Shown here one piece after another: positions 39,716 through 50,513 of a stretch of DNA of 64,000 nucleotides. Below the pieces are notes generated by a model, which saw only the letters and a program-made list of their open reading frames with translations, did not search any database and was not told the DNA's origin. The position numbers and the translations under genes are program-made. Source of the DNA: Leptospiraceae bacterium. GTDB lineage: Bacteria; Spirochaetota; Leptospiria; Leptospirales; Leptospiraceae. How positions within the stretch are numbered: the stretch's first letter is position 1; each line of letters opens with the position of its first letter. Location: the NCBI GenBank assembly GCA_016708435.1, contig JADJFV010000035.1, positions 192,001-256,000 of the forward strand, read 5' to 3'.

Positions 39716-40687
39716 TTAATCAATCTTATGTTTAGGATTTCGATAATATTGTAACTCTAGATCATACATTGGCTGTAATCTAGACTTAATTTCTCCAATT
39801 TCTTTTGTAATGGAATTTTCTTTATTCATGGCATCCTCATACTTTTCATTATTTAATTTTATTCGATTTATTTCTTCCTTACTAATTTGATTCTTTGGAG
39901 GGTTCTTTGAATAGAAGTTAAAATATCTTTTCTGACCGTTCTTCATTACAAAAGGCACTTCCCCATGAAAATACATTTCTGTGATTAATAACATTGGCAT
40001 TTGTGTAACGACTAAATCTTCTCTACTAATGATATAATAATTTTTACTTATTATCGCTCCATCAGTATTAAAATTACCATTATCAGGAACTGCAAGTCCA
40101 TACATGTAAATTTCATTCTCACCTTTAGAGTCAATTTCACAATATAGTTTAAAAGTTTTTAATGTTTTTTTATTCCTTTCTACAATTTTTTCCAATTCCA
40201 TTCTTTCATCTTGTATATGTAATAGTTCTTCTTCTCTTTGCTCCAAACGATTCATTAAATTTGCATTTTCTAATCTAAGTGAGTCGATTCTCTTTTTTAA
40301 ATCTTTGAAGTATTTAATTTCATTTTTGAAAGGTGGAAGATTGCTGCCACATACGTGTGAGTAGTGCATTATAAAATCCGAATAGTCATTATAATTATTT
40401 ATTTCGGAAACTGCATTTTGAGCCACATTTAAAGGTTCCTTGTGAGGAATAAAAACAATTCCGACTTTACTCTCTGAAAAAATATATTCTAAACCTTTTC
40501 TGTTATCAATTGTTTGTTTTCTTTTTAATAAAACACTTAGCACCTTTCTATTTCCTTCATTCATTATATTGCTTTCAGGAATATTTTTTAAATTACCAAA
40601 ATTAGGGCAAGCATCACTATTTTTCATCGGTGAAGAAGTGCTACATTTTAAAAGTAATACTAAGGATAATATAATGATTTTTTTCAC
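39716..40687 (-). CDS. hypothetical lipoprotein with central coiled coil
   Basis: Signal/lipobox LLLKCSTSS. Confidence 0.5.
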   Translation of the reverse strand: MKKIIILSLVLLLKCSTSSPMKNSDACPNFGNLKNIPESNIMNEGNRKVLSVLLKRKQTIDNRKGLEYIFSESKVGIVFIPHKEPLNVAQNAVSEINNYNDYSDFIMHYSHVCGSNLPPFKNEIKYFKDLKKRIDSLRLENANLMNRLEQREEELLHIQDERMELEKIVERNKKTLKTFKLYCEIDSKGENEIYMYGLAVPDNGNFNTDGAIISKNYYIISREDLVVTQMPMLLITEMYFHGEVPFVMKNGQKRYFNFYSKNPPKNQISKEEINRIKLNNEKYEDAMNKENSITKEIGEIKSRLQPMYDLELQYYRNPKHKID

Positions 40688-41350
40688 AGTATTCAGTATG
40701 TTTAGCTATTATTAACATATGTCAACTATTAATTTGATTTTTTTTTCTAGGAATTTACCGGATCTTCTTTAATCCAAAAAATCTGATTAAATGTATTCGT
40801 TCTAAATTCAAGGATTAGAACATAAGGACTAATTGTCTGCAAACAATAAAAGGCTTACTTGCTGTGTAAGAAATTTTCATTGAACAATGATTATCTATCA
40901 TAATAGAGGATTGCCTTCGTTTTCTGTTGAAATTAGATACAAAAAACCTTATTACCATCATTCAATATTACACATTGATAAGCTCTCGCGAAGGTTAACT
41001 TTGAGAGAGCATTTGGAAGAAAAAAGAATAGTGAAGGAAAACAAAAAATAGTCAATCCCAACAACATCGAGGATGTTTTTAAAAATCCCGATTTTTTACC
41101 CCTACCCAATACCTACCTTCCGATACATCAAAGACACTATCTATGATACTATCAAGGATACTATCAAAAATACTGTTTTCGCCTTTTTGAGTATGTTTGA
41201 TAGAAGACCTGACAGTGTAATTGATAGTAACATAGATGCATCGTCAATAAGAATCATCCAGAAGCTAAAAACACGGATAACCTTAAAATCCCAAACCTTC
41301 TATCGGTGTCCATCGGTGGTAATCTTTGAAAGTTTTCTCTAACCTGCTAG

Positions 41351-41493
41351 CAATGTCATTAAGTTAAGAAAAACCAAGAAAAATTTAACCACGAAGGGCA
41401 CGAAGAACGCGAAGAAAAGACAGGATTTCTTCATAAACCCCTTCGTGAACTTCGTGCTCTTCGTGGTGAAAAATTCTTATCTTAATGACATTG
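41351..41493. mobile_element. MITE-like hairpin element, CACGAAG family, copy B (inverted relative to copy A)
   Basis: caatgtcattaagttaag ... cttatcttaatgacattg; flanking direct repeats aacctgctag / aacgtgctag. Confidence 0.7.
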
Positions 41494-41601
41494 AACGTGC
41501 TAGCATCCGACACACTATTATTACCTAACAGGAAAAAGAGTGGAATTTATTTACAACAAATGATTTATTGAGTCGATTGGACATAATGGGGAATAATTGA
41601 A

Positions 41602-42237
41602 ATGATAAGCCAGGAAATTGATTACTATGAGGACATGAAATACCAAGATTTTCTTTTGTCTTCTAGACGAAAAATAATTTGCCCTCATGAAAAAATCATG
41701 AAGTATATTGAAATCAAAGACGCGATGAATGTGGCTGATTTTGGAATGGGAAAAGGTTTTTTCATTCACCATTTGAAAAAGAAAATGGATAAAGATGCAC
41801 ATCTCTGGGGAATTGACTACCAACAAGAACTCTTGGACTTGGTGTTGAAGAGGAAAGTAGAAGAGAGTATCGCAAACTTCACTGTAGTTCATATTGATAA
41901 AACAGAACATCCGCTTTTACCAAATTGGATTCCTTTGCCAGATGTAATATTTACAGCGATGTGTCTTTCTACTTTTCCTGATCCTGGATTTGCAATGGAT
42001 GGACTCATTCGTTCTATGAAGCCAGAAGGTAGACTTTTTGTGATTGATTGGGCTAAGGTCGAGTTTCCGGAAGGTCCTGCTATTAAAGATAAAATTTCTT
42101 TCGACAAAATGAAATATCTAGCAGAGTATCATAAACTCAAAGTTGTAAATGCATTTACAGTCAATGAGTTTGTATATGGAATGGAAATTGTTGCAGGTCC
42201 TGAATTTAAAACACAGTTTTATGATTATAGGGAGTAG
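41602..42237 (+). CDS. class I SAM-dependent methyltransferase
   Basis: Motif I VADFGMGKGFF and methyltransferase-type 11/12-like fold pattern. Confidence 0.65.
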   Translation: MISQEIDYYEDMKYQDFLLSSRRKIICPHEKIMKYIEIKDAMNVADFGMGKGFFIHHLKKKMDKDAHLWGIDYQQELLDLVLKRKVEESIANFTVVHIDKTEHPLLPNWIPLPDVIFTAMCLSTFPDPGFAMDGLIRSMKPEGRLFVIDWAKVEFPEGPAIKDKISFDKMKYLAEYHKLKVVNAFTVNEFVYGMEIVAGPEFKTQFYDYRE

Positions 42238-42239
42238 AC

Positions 42240-42632
42240 ATGAAAGAAAATAGAATCCTCGAATTATTAAATCAGAAAGATTGCACCATTGCGATTATTG
42301 GAGCGACTAACGACTCTAGCAAATATGGCAATATCATTTATAAAGATTTAAAAAGAAAAAATAGAAAGGTTTACGGCATTAATCCCCGCGCGACAACGAT
42401 TGATGGGGATAAGGCGTATCATGCGCTAGGTGATCTTGGTTTTATTCCTGATATCATTGATATGGTTGTTCCTCCTAAGATTGGACTACAAACTATCAAA
42501 GAAGCAGTGGCTAATGGCTACGATAATTTCTGGTTACAACCAGGTGCGGAAAGTGATGAAATCATTCAATACTTAGAAGACAATAAAAAAAACTACCTGG
42601 CTCATGCTTGCGTTATGGTAGAGTGCAGGTAG
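42240..42632 (+). CDS. CoA-binding domain protein (YccU-like)
   Basis: IAIIGATNDSSKYGNIIYKDL Rossmann-like CoA-binding signature. Confidence 0.65.
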   Translation: MKENRILELLNQKDCTIAIIGATNDSSKYGNIIYKDLKRKNRKVYGINPRATTIDGDKAYHALGDLGFIPDIIDMVVPPKIGLQTIKEAVANGYDNFWLQPGAESDEIIQYLEDNKKNYLAHACVMVECR

Positions 42633-42641
42633 AGGCAAATT

Positions 42642-44312
42642 ATGAGTAACTTCACTGAGTCCATATTAAATGAACTTGAGAACAAAGAAAACGGTTCCTT
42701 TCAAATCAAGAACGAAAACAATCATGCAGTTCTTGCTGTGTTTAAGCCCGGAAAGAATGGTAGACATGTCACCAGACAGGATGTATTTCAAAGGTTAAAG
42801 CTTTTTAATATTGATGGGTATGATAGAGCACAGGTAGAAGTTATTGTTGCCAATGCGGATGGAAGAGACCATCAGATTGCCGTTTGGACTGGTGGAAATC
42901 CAGTTGATTCTAAATTAGAATTAGAAGTTACTCCTGATAAGATGCAGGCATATATCATTGTTTATCCGGCGCTTCATGGAGGAAAGACTTTACGAAAAGA
43001 AGAAGTCGTTGAATCCTTGCGGACAAACGGTGTTATCTTCGGACTCAAAGAAGAAGTAATCGCTCACTTGCTTGACAATCAAAAGTTTTTCATGAAGACT
43101 CTTGTTGCAGAAGGAATTGCTCCAACTCCAAGTCTAAACGGATATATAAAAGTTTTATTTGAGCCTCATAATAAACCAAATCTTCATGAAGATGCTCATG
43201 GAAGAGTTGATTTCAAAGATATTCAAGTCATTAAGAATACAAAGCAAGGGGATGTCTTAGCAGAGAAAATGGATCCAAAGATTGGAACTGCGGGTAAGAA
43301 TATTTTTAGCGAAGAGGTATTACTTGAAAAACCCTTAGAGGGAGAATGGAAAGTAGGGGCTAATTGCAAGTTGTCGGATGATTCTAAGAAGCTATTAGCG
43401 TTAATACCGGGAAGACCTATTCTTGAAAGAGATGGAACGATTCGTGTGGATGAAGTTTGCTATTTAGAGAACGTAGATTATTCTACGGGTAATGTTGATT
43501 TTCCGGGAACGATCATTGTAGATGGAACGGTAGCGGATAATTTTACTCTCCGCACAAAAGGCTCTCTCATGATTAAGAAAAGTGTTGGTAGAGTATTTTT
43601 ATATGCCGAGAGAGACATTGTATTATCCGGAGGGGTTATGGGACGAAACGGTGGAGTCATAGAATCCAAGGCAGACGTATATGCAAGGTTTGTAGAGCAG
43701 GGAAATATTAGAGCCGGTAAAAGCATATTCATCGAAGAAGCATCTCTTCACTCTGAACTTGTAGCAGGGGATTCGATTACAATTAAAGGGGGAAGAGGAG
43801 AATTGATCGGAGGAGAAGCCATTGCCGGGAAAATGATTTCTGTCAGTAAACTAGGCGCGGTAGTGGAAACGAGAACAGAGTTAATTGTTGGTTTGCCTCC
43901 CGAAATTTTAGATGAATTAAGAAAGATGAAAGAAGAAATTGCTTCTCACGCGGATGTTCTAAAAAAAGTAAAGCAAAGCATGGCAAGACTCATTGATCCT
44001 AAAAAAGAAAACACTCCAGACGAGAAGCAAATGCTCCTTAAACTCTATGAGGTAGAAAAAAAATATATAGACCTACTTGCCAATACAAAGACTCAATATG
44101 AAACGTTAGTCGTAAGTTATGAGCCTGAAGCCTCTGCCTATGTAGAGATTGAGAAAAATTTATTTCCAAAAGTAAGCGTCAATTTAGGAAAAGGAAAAAT
44201 CTATAACTCTGAGCTAAAAAATTATAATGGTCACTGTTTTATCTATAATAACGATGAGGGAATTCCTTCTAGAACATCTCTACCACCTAAAAAGAAGGAT
44301 AATAAGGAGTAA
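42642..44312 (+). CDS. FapA/DUF342 family protein
   Basis: Repetitive beta-helix-like segments (GNVDFPGTIIVDGTV..., GNIRAGKSIFIEEASLHSELVAGDSITIKGG) plus C-terminal coiled coil, as in DUF342. Confidence 0.6.
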   Translation: MSNFTESILNELENKENGSFQIKNENNHAVLAVFKPGKNGRHVTRQDVFQRLKLFNIDGYDRAQVEVIVANADGRDHQIAVWTGGNPVDSKLELEVTPDKMQAYIIVYPALHGGKTLRKEEVVESLRTNGVIFGLKEEVIAHLLDNQKFFMKTLVAEGIAPTPSLNGYIKVLFEPHNKPNLHEDAHGRVDFKDIQVIKNTKQGDVLAEKMDPKIGTAGKNIFSEEVLLEKPLEGEWKVGANCKLSDDSKKLLALIPGRPILERDGTIRVDEVCYLENVDYSTGNVDFPGTIIVDGTVADNFTLRTKGSLMIKKSVGRVFLYAERDIVLSGGVMGRNGGVIESKADVYARFVEQGNIRAGKSIFIEEASLHSELVAGDSITIKGGRGELIGGEAIAGKMISVSKLGAVVETRTELIVGLPPEILDELRKMKEEIASHADVLKKVKQSMARLIDPKKENTPDEKQMLLKLYEVEKKYIDLLANTKTQYETLVVSYEPEASAYVEIEKNLFPKVSVNLGKGKIYNSELKNYNGHCFIYNNDEGIPSRTSLPPKKKDNKE

Positions 44313-44345
44313 CTGTTGAAGGACTCAAAGGGAAATATCTAAACT

Positions 44346-45638
44346 ATGAAGCTATCCATTTCACTCTTTTCCATTCTATTCTTTCAGTCGTGCATTTCTT
44401 TCTTTCTGGATGCACTATCCCCTGAAAAATCCAAATACAGTTTCGGTTTTATGGATAGGACTGGAAAAGTCTTGATATTGCAAGAATACGAAGGGGCAGA
44501 TAGATTTAGTCATGGACTTGCGCCCGTAAAAAAAAATGGACTTTGGGGATACATTGATACTAAGGGGATAGTTGTAATTCCATTCCAATTCCAATCCGCA
44601 AAGCCTTTTTCCGACAATCTAGAATTAGCCCCAGTTGAAAAATTCGATGCAGGTGAGAAGGCATGGGGTTATATTGATCTAAAGGGTAATTGGATTATAC
44701 CCCCGTCTTATTATAATGCGACTCCCTTTTATGATGGAGTAGCGGAGGTAGCCACAGAAAAATTTAAATACAAATCTGTTTCCAAAAGATACGATAAATA
44801 CTTTCTTACCAAAGATAAAAAATATATTTATCATAATGGCTTGTATTCGTATGGTTCAGGTCCGGGAAGATTTTCAGAAGGATTAATGCCTTCTTGTAAA
44901 GATGGGAAATGGGGATTTAAAGACAGTAGTAATAAATGGATCATTGAGCCTAAGTATACAATTGTAGGAAATTTTGAAAATGGACTTGCCCGTGTGCAGC
45001 TAACAAAGCCTAACCCCTATAATGATTGTGAATGGATTTCAGAAGAAGAGCCGAGTGGACTTTGGGGTTATATAGATAAATCAGGAAAAGAAGTTATACC
45101 ATTAAAATTTAAAGCGGCAAGTAACTTTAGCAAAGAGGGATTGGCACTTGTAGATGATATGTTTGCAGCAAGGACATTTCAACGAGGGACTGTCTTTTCA
45201 CGTTATTTCATTAACCGAGATGGAAACAAAGCATTTGATTTAAGTTTCCAAAAAGCAGAACCTTTCTCTGATTTTGGATATACGATAGTAGGTCAGGATG
45301 AAAAAAATACTTTAAACATCGAACCAAATAAAACTGCTTTTATAGATAAGTCAGGTAAGAAAAAAGAATTTATCCTAGGAAGTGGAGAAGAAATTTTCAA
45401 TCTACGAATGGGAACAAACGAGATGTTTCGAGTTACCATACAAATTAAGCCTGATCCAAACAAATACGAGCATAAATATGTTAGCCGCTACTATTCTTCC
45501 AAAGATTTAACTCAGAGTATTTCGCAAGACTTCCCTCCTTGCTTTGGTTCCTTTGCATCTCCTCCGAACTGTATGTCTGATAACTTCTATGAAGGTCTTG
45601 CATGGATTGCAAAAGAAGCACCCGATAGTAATAAATGA
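44346..45638 (+). CDS. WG-repeat (KWG) lipoprotein
   Basis: Repeated LWGYIDxxGxxVIPxxF / KWGFKD units. Confidence 0.7.
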   Translation: MKLSISLFSILFFQSCISFFLDALSPEKSKYSFGFMDRTGKVLILQEYEGADRFSHGLAPVKKNGLWGYIDTKGIVVIPFQFQSAKPFSDNLELAPVEKFDAGEKAWGYIDLKGNWIIPPSYYNATPFYDGVAEVATEKFKYKSVSKRYDKYFLTKDKKYIYHNGLYSYGSGPGRFSEGLMPSCKDGKWGFKDSSNKWIIEPKYTIVGNFENGLARVQLTKPNPYNDCEWISEEEPSGLWGYIDKSGKEVIPLKFKAASNFSKEGLALVDDMFAARTFQRGTVFSRYFINRDGNKAFDLSFQKAEPFSDFGYTIVGQDEKNTLNIEPNKTAFIDKSGKKKEFILGSGEEIFNLRMGTNEMFRVTIQIKPDPNKYEHKYVSRYYSSKDLTQSISQDFPPCFGSFASPPNCMSDNFYEGLAWIAKEAPDSNK

Positions 45639-45686
45639 TATTTTAGTTTTGACTAAAAAGCGTGTAGAAAAGGAAATATACAAACT

Positions 45687-47105
45687 GTGGAAAAACTTAG
45701 ATACGAAGTAATCATCTCCGGCACCGATTTTGGAAAGCGAAAGACTGATGTAATTCCAGGGCTTTATCGTGACACTGACGGCAAGTTATACTTAGACGCT
45801 TTAGAGCTAGAAAATCTAAGCCAACAAGCTAGAAACCTAAACTTGCTCATTGACTCTGCTAGATCTATCATGGCGGAAATTAGTTTAGATGCACTTCTTG
45901 ATTTAATTATCCAAAATGTGAAAAGCGTCATGAATGCAGATAGAGCTACTTTGTTTTTAGTTGATAGAGAAAAACGAGAACTCTTCTCAAGAGTAGCGAT
46001 TGGTAGCAAAGAAGAAATACGAATTGCATTTGGGGCAGGTATTGCAGGCTTTGTTGCACAATCAAGGGAAACAGTGAATATCCGCGATGCTTATTCCGAT
46101 GCAAGATTTAATTCAGACAACGATCAAAAAAGCGGTTATAGAACAAAGTCAATTCTTTGTATGCCAGTATATAATTCTCAGCAGGAGATAATAGGCGTTA
46201 TTCAGGTGTTGAATAAAGTGTATACAGACCATTTTACTGAAAAGGATGAAAAGCTACTAAGTGCCTACGCATCCTTAGCCGGTATTTCTCTTGCCAATGC
46301 GCAAGCCTATGATGAATTACAAAAAGAGAGAAATACTCTCGAAGCAAGAGTTAAAGAAAGAACAAAAGATTTGGCACGTGCTTTAGAAAAATCAGATAGT
46401 CTTCTTTTAAATATTCTTCCTTCGGAAGTAGCAGAGGAACTAAAAGAAAAAGGAGAAGTGACTCCTGTGCATTTTGACAATGTTACAATCATGTTCACTG
46501 ACTTCAAAGATTTTACTCATATAGCAGAAGGAATGTCACCTTCTCAACTCATCCGCGAGTTAGATGGATATTTTACTCAATTTGATAAGACAATAGATCG
46601 TTATCACCTAGAAAAACTAAAAACAATAGGTGATAGTTATATGTGCGCTGGCGGTATACCACGAATAGGCGACACACATCCGATTGAGGCTTGCCTTGCT
46701 GCCTTAGAAATTCAATCCTTCATGGATCAAATGAAAAAAGTAAAAGAAAAAATGAATGAGCCTATCTGGGAGTTACGACTTGGTATCCACACAGGCTCTG
46801 TTATGGCTGGAGTTGTAGGCGAAAGAAAATTTGCTTATGATGTTTGGGGGGATACTGTAAACATAGCCAGTAGAATGGAATTTTCGGGAACACCCGGCAA
46901 GATTAATATTTCGAATGCAACCTATGAACTAGTGAAAGATTTTTTTGATTGTGAGTATCGCGGGGAAGTGGATGCAAAGAACAAAGGCAAAGTCAAAATG
47001 TATTTTGTGAATCGAATCAAGTCAGAATACTCTCTCGATTACGATGGCTTTGTTCCCAATCAGAAATTATTAAACCATCTAGAAAATCAAAGAAACAAAG
47101 ACTAA
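45687..47105 (+). CDS. GAF-domain class III adenylate/guanylate cyclase
   Basis: GAF region then cyclase core FTDFKDFTHIAE...IGDSYMCAGG...LGIHTGSVMAGVVG. Confidence 0.8.
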   Translation: MEKLRYEVIISGTDFGKRKTDVIPGLYRDTDGKLYLDALELENLSQQARNLNLLIDSARSIMAEISLDALLDLIIQNVKSVMNADRATLFLVDREKRELFSRVAIGSKEEIRIAFGAGIAGFVAQSRETVNIRDAYSDARFNSDNDQKSGYRTKSILCMPVYNSQQEIIGVIQVLNKVYTDHFTEKDEKLLSAYASLAGISLANAQAYDELQKERNTLEARVKERTKDLARALEKSDSLLLNILPSEVAEELKEKGEVTPVHFDNVTIMFTDFKDFTHIAEGMSPSQLIRELDGYFTQFDKTIDRYHLEKLKTIGDSYMCAGGIPRIGDTHPIEACLAALEIQSFMDQMKKVKEKMNEPIWELRLGIHTGSVMAGVVGERKFAYDVWGDTVNIASRMEFSGTPGKINISNATYELVKDFFDCEYRGEVDAKNKGKVKMYFVNRIKSEYSLDYDGFVPNQKLLNHLENQRNKD

Positions 47106-47161
47106 GTTTATTCTTTTGTTGTAATTTGAATTTGGCGATAGAAATATCATAGAGGTAGACG

Positions 47162-48100
47162 ATGGGCAAAGAAAAAAAGAATAAACCTTTCTCGGAAGAC
47201 TATGAGAAAATATACAACGCAATTATAGACGATATGACAGAAGAGTTAGAGTCTTTAAACGATGATGAACAAAATCGTGACAAAGACAAAGAACTATTAA
47301 AATTTCCAATTGGGGGAGACATTACTCATCACACTCAATCGTATTTAAAAGAGTTACTTAAGCTACAGATTCAACTTGTTAAACTCCAAGACTGGGTAAA
47401 GGAAACAGGTTATAAATTAGTAATTCTATTTGAAGGAAGAGATGCAGCAGGAAAGGGGGGAGTCATCAAGCGGATAACGCAAAAATTAAACCCGCGTATT
47501 TATAAAGTAGTAGCTCTCACAGCTCCATCCGAAAGAGAAAGAACTCAATGGTATTTTCAGCGGTATATAACTCATTTGCCGGCGGCGGGTGAGATTGTAA
47601 TGTTTGATAGAAGTTGGTATAATAGAGCTGGTGTAGAAAAAGTAATGGGCTTTTGCACAGAGAAAGAATACCAGGAATTTTTAAGCACAGTTCCTGAATT
47701 TGAAAGAATGATTTGTCAATCAGGAATTCATTTAATCAAGTATTGGTTTTCGATTTCAGATAAAGAGCAGGAGTTTCGGTTCAATTGTAGAATTCATGAT
47801 CCTTTAAAGCAATGGAAATTAAGTCCAATGGATTTGCAATCTAGGATTCGTTGGGAAGATTATACAAAAGCAAAAGAAGTCATGCTCGAAAGAACCCATA
47901 TTCCAGAAGCTCCCTGGCATATCGTTCCCGCGATTGATAAAAAATTGGCTCGTTTAAATTGTATCTCTCATCTACTTTCTGAAGTTCCGTATAAAGAAAT
48001 TAAAACAAAACCAATCACACTTCCGCAAAGAAAACGAAATGAGCATTACAGGCGTAATCCTACACCGAAAGATTTAATCATTCCACAGGTGTATCTGTAA
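47162..48100 (+). CDS. polyphosphate kinase 2 family protein
   Basis: PPK2 Walker A FEGRDAAGKGG and lid region; about 300 aa. Confidence 0.8.
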   Translation: MGKEKKNKPFSEDYEKIYNAIIDDMTEELESLNDDEQNRDKDKELLKFPIGGDITHHTQSYLKELLKLQIQLVKLQDWVKETGYKLVILFEGRDAAGKGGVIKRITQKLNPRIYKVVALTAPSERERTQWYFQRYITHLPAAGEIVMFDRSWYNRAGVEKVMGFCTEKEYQEFLSTVPEFERMICQSGIHLIKYWFSISDKEQEFRFNCRIHDPLKQWKLSPMDLQSRIRWEDYTKAKEVMLERTHIPEAPWHIVPAIDKKLARLNCISHLLSEVPYKEIKTKPITLPQRKRNEHYRRNPTPKDLIIPQVYL

Positions 48101-48746
48101 GAATTTCTTTCTCGTATCGTAGAAATACTTCGTTGTCTATTTTTTCGCAGTGAGTTAAATTCCATTTATCCTCTGCGAAGTTAGGAAACTCGAATTCACC
48201 ATCTACGATAGAGGGAAGATTTTTTTTGCCGATAAGAAATGGAACTATTGTGAGATTGATTACATCAATAAGTCCTGCTTTTTGGAAGCTATAATTTAAA
48301 GTAGGACCGCCTTCTAATAATACTCGGTTCAGATTTCTATTTTTTAAAATGGAAAGGATTTCTTTCGGTTCAATTGTGTTTCCTTCTAAGACTAGAATTT
48401 CTGCAACGCCAGATAATTCTGCTTTGACTGAAAATTCATTTTCTTTGAGGCAAATCACAAGTGGTCGAACGTCTGGATTGGAAAACACTTTTCTATTTTT
48501 AGAAACAATTCCCTTTCGTAGCAAAATTACGGGTAACGGGTTTTTGCCTTCTACATATCTGAGTTTAATTACGGGATCATCATTGATAAGTGAATTCTTT
48601 CCAAGAATAAGAGCATCTGCTTGGCTTCGAATTCTGTCCATTTGTCTTTTGTCTTGCCTTGAGGAAAGACCATACCATTTCCCGTCCGGTCTTGCTACTT
48701 TACCGTCGAGGGTCATAGCCATGTTAATCGCTAATTGAAATTTCAT
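48078..48746 (-). CDS. RibD C-terminal domain (dihydrofolate-reductase-like) reductase
   Basis: MAMTLDGKVA...LLEGGPTLNYSF signature. Confidence 0.7.
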   Translation of the reverse strand: MKFQLAINMAMTLDGKVARPDGKWYGLSSRQDKRQMDRIRSQADALILGKNSLINDDPVIKLRYVEGKNPLPVILLRKGIVSKNRKVFSNPDVRPLVICLKENEFSVKAELSGVAEILVLEGNTIEPKEILSILKNRNLNRVLLEGGPTLNYSFQKAGLIDVINLTIVPFLIGKKNLPSIVDGEFEFPNFAEDKWNLTHCEKIDNEVFLRYEKEILTDTPVE

Positions 48747-48751
48747 TTGGT

Positions 48752-49045
48752 TTAAGAAATCCTCGATTTCTTCTTATCCATCTCTCTTTGGAAGATTACA
48801 AGAACCGAGCCTGCGCAGTTCCCACAATTTGTAGATGCTCTGGTTGTATCGATTAGCTTTTCCATTGTATCGCATCCATTTTCTATTGCTGTCACTAGCT
48901 CGGACTCTGTGACTGACTTGCAAAGACAAACTTTTTTAGGACGCATCATTGCATAAAGACTGGAAAGATCTATTTCTTCTGACATGAAGGACTCCTTGTA
49001 TATTAGATAGGACACCAATATAAAATTTAGTAAATTTCTTTCCAA
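48752..49045 (-). CDS. BFD-like [2Fe-2S]-binding domain protein
   Basis: Cys pattern CLCKSVTESEL ... CGNCAG. Confidence 0.6.
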   Translation of the reverse strand: MERNLLNFILVSYLIYKESFMSEEIDLSSLYAMMRPKKVCLCKSVTESELVTAIENGCDTMEKLIDTTRASTNCGNCAGSVLVIFQREMDKKKSRIS

Positions 49046-49167
49046 GCTCAGGTGTGATTGTAATGTAGCAAAAAAGAAACATCAAATACAGTAAATACTT
49101 CTTGCTATTTGGCAAGTAAATTTATGCGATACAGAAAGGTATTCTTAGTTTAAAAAATGAGGTCAGA

Positions 49168-50511
49168 ATGGAAGTAAAAGAAAGGGTTTCCTTCAAGGAA
49201 CTTTTCGGGTGGTGTATGTTTGATTTTGCAAACTCCTCCTACACAACGGTAATTATTAGTGTAATCTATTGCGATGTATTCAGTCGTCTTGTCGTTCCAG
49301 CAGGGACTAATCCTGATAATCCTTATCAGGAAGGAAATCTACTTTGGGGTATTGCTCTTTTTATTTCTTATATGCTAGTGGTAGTTACAGGACCTATTCT
49401 TGGGGCAATCACAGATTTTTCCGCTCGTAAGAAAAAATTCTTATTAGGAAGTTTTCTAGGATGTATCAGTGCAACGGCACTTCTCTGGTTTGTTTCTGAG
49501 CCAGGCTTTGGTTCTATCGGTCTTGCATTCTTCTTAATCGTTGCATCTAATTTCTTTTTTGCTTCAGGAGAAAATATTGCTTCTAGCTTTCTTCCCTTTC
49601 TTGGACCAAAAGATGATTTAGGAAAGATTTCCGGTTATGCTTGGGGGATTGGATATTTTGGTGGTGTAGCAAGTGTCGCAATTGTGTCTGGATTGGGTGA
49701 GATCACAACAGAAAATTTCCAAGCTCTACGGATGGTTGGACCTTATACCGCAGCTTTCTTTTTAATAGCAGGACTTCCTACTTTTTTATTCTTAAAAGAA
49801 TACGGTGCAGCCGTTAAAAAGCCACCAGGAAAATCCTATGTTCGAATCGGATTTGATACTGTGGTTAGAACGTTAAGAGATATTGCAAAATTTAAAGATA
49901 TGCAGATTTATCTACTCTCTCTTTTCTTTTCGATGGCAGCCCTTGGCGTAGTAATTAGCTTTGCTTTCATCTATGGAGCACAAGAAATTCATATCGAAAA
50001 TAAACACCGCCAAGCCATGTTCATCTTGATTCAAATTTCAGCAGCATTAGGAGCAGTAGCATTTGGATTCTTACAAGACAGGATGGGTGCAAAGAAAACG
50101 TTTAACGTTACTCTTGTCATTTGGATTATTTGTCTAATGGCGATTCACCAGGTTGTCAATATTACAAGTTTACTGAATTCAACTTTGTCTGTAGGAATTT
50201 CGGTTCAGTGGATGTTTGTGATTATTACTTCTCTTGCAGGAATGGGGCTTGGGTCTACTCAGAGTTCTAGTCGTGCCATTGTGGGAATGTTTGCTCCTGA
50301 ATCTAAAACGGGGGAGTTTTTCGGATTATGGGGATTATCCGGTAAACTCGCAGCAGCACTTGGAATATTCTCTGTCTCTCTTCTTCAGACAATGTTTAGC
50401 CTTCGAAATTCTTTTATTGCCATTGCAGTCTTCTTTATTATTTCTTTAGGAATAAACTTTTTTGTCGATGAAGAAAGAGGAATCGCCACAGCGAGAAACT
50501 ATAAGGATTAA
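49168..50511 (+). CDS. MFS transporter
   Basis: About 12 TM helices, MFS-like topology. Confidence 0.65.
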   Translation: MEVKERVSFKELFGWCMFDFANSSYTTVIISVIYCDVFSRLVVPAGTNPDNPYQEGNLLWGIALFISYMLVVVTGPILGAITDFSARKKKFLLGSFLGCISATALLWFVSEPGFGSIGLAFFLIVASNFFFASGENIASSFLPFLGPKDDLGKISGYAWGIGYFGGVASVAIVSGLGEITTENFQALRMVGPYTAAFFLIAGLPTFLFLKEYGAAVKKPPGKSYVRIGFDTVVRTLRDIAKFKDMQIYLLSLFFSMAALGVVISFAFIYGAQEIHIENKHRQAMFILIQISAALGAVAFGFLQDRMGAKKTFNVTLVIWIICLMAIHQVVNITSLLNSTLSVGISVQWMFVIITSLAGMGLGSTQSSSRAIVGMFAPESKTGEFFGLWGLSGKLAAALGIFSVSLLQTMFSLRNSFIAIAVFFIISLGINFFVDEERGIATARNYKD

Positions 50512-50513
50512 GA

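Noticed and set aside
41073-41342. 89-aa plus-strand ORF across the GATACTATCAA repeat array
   Set aside because: Its peptide repeats (IKDTIYDTIKDTIKNT) merely reflect the DNA direct repeats; more likely a non-coding iteron-like region than a gene.
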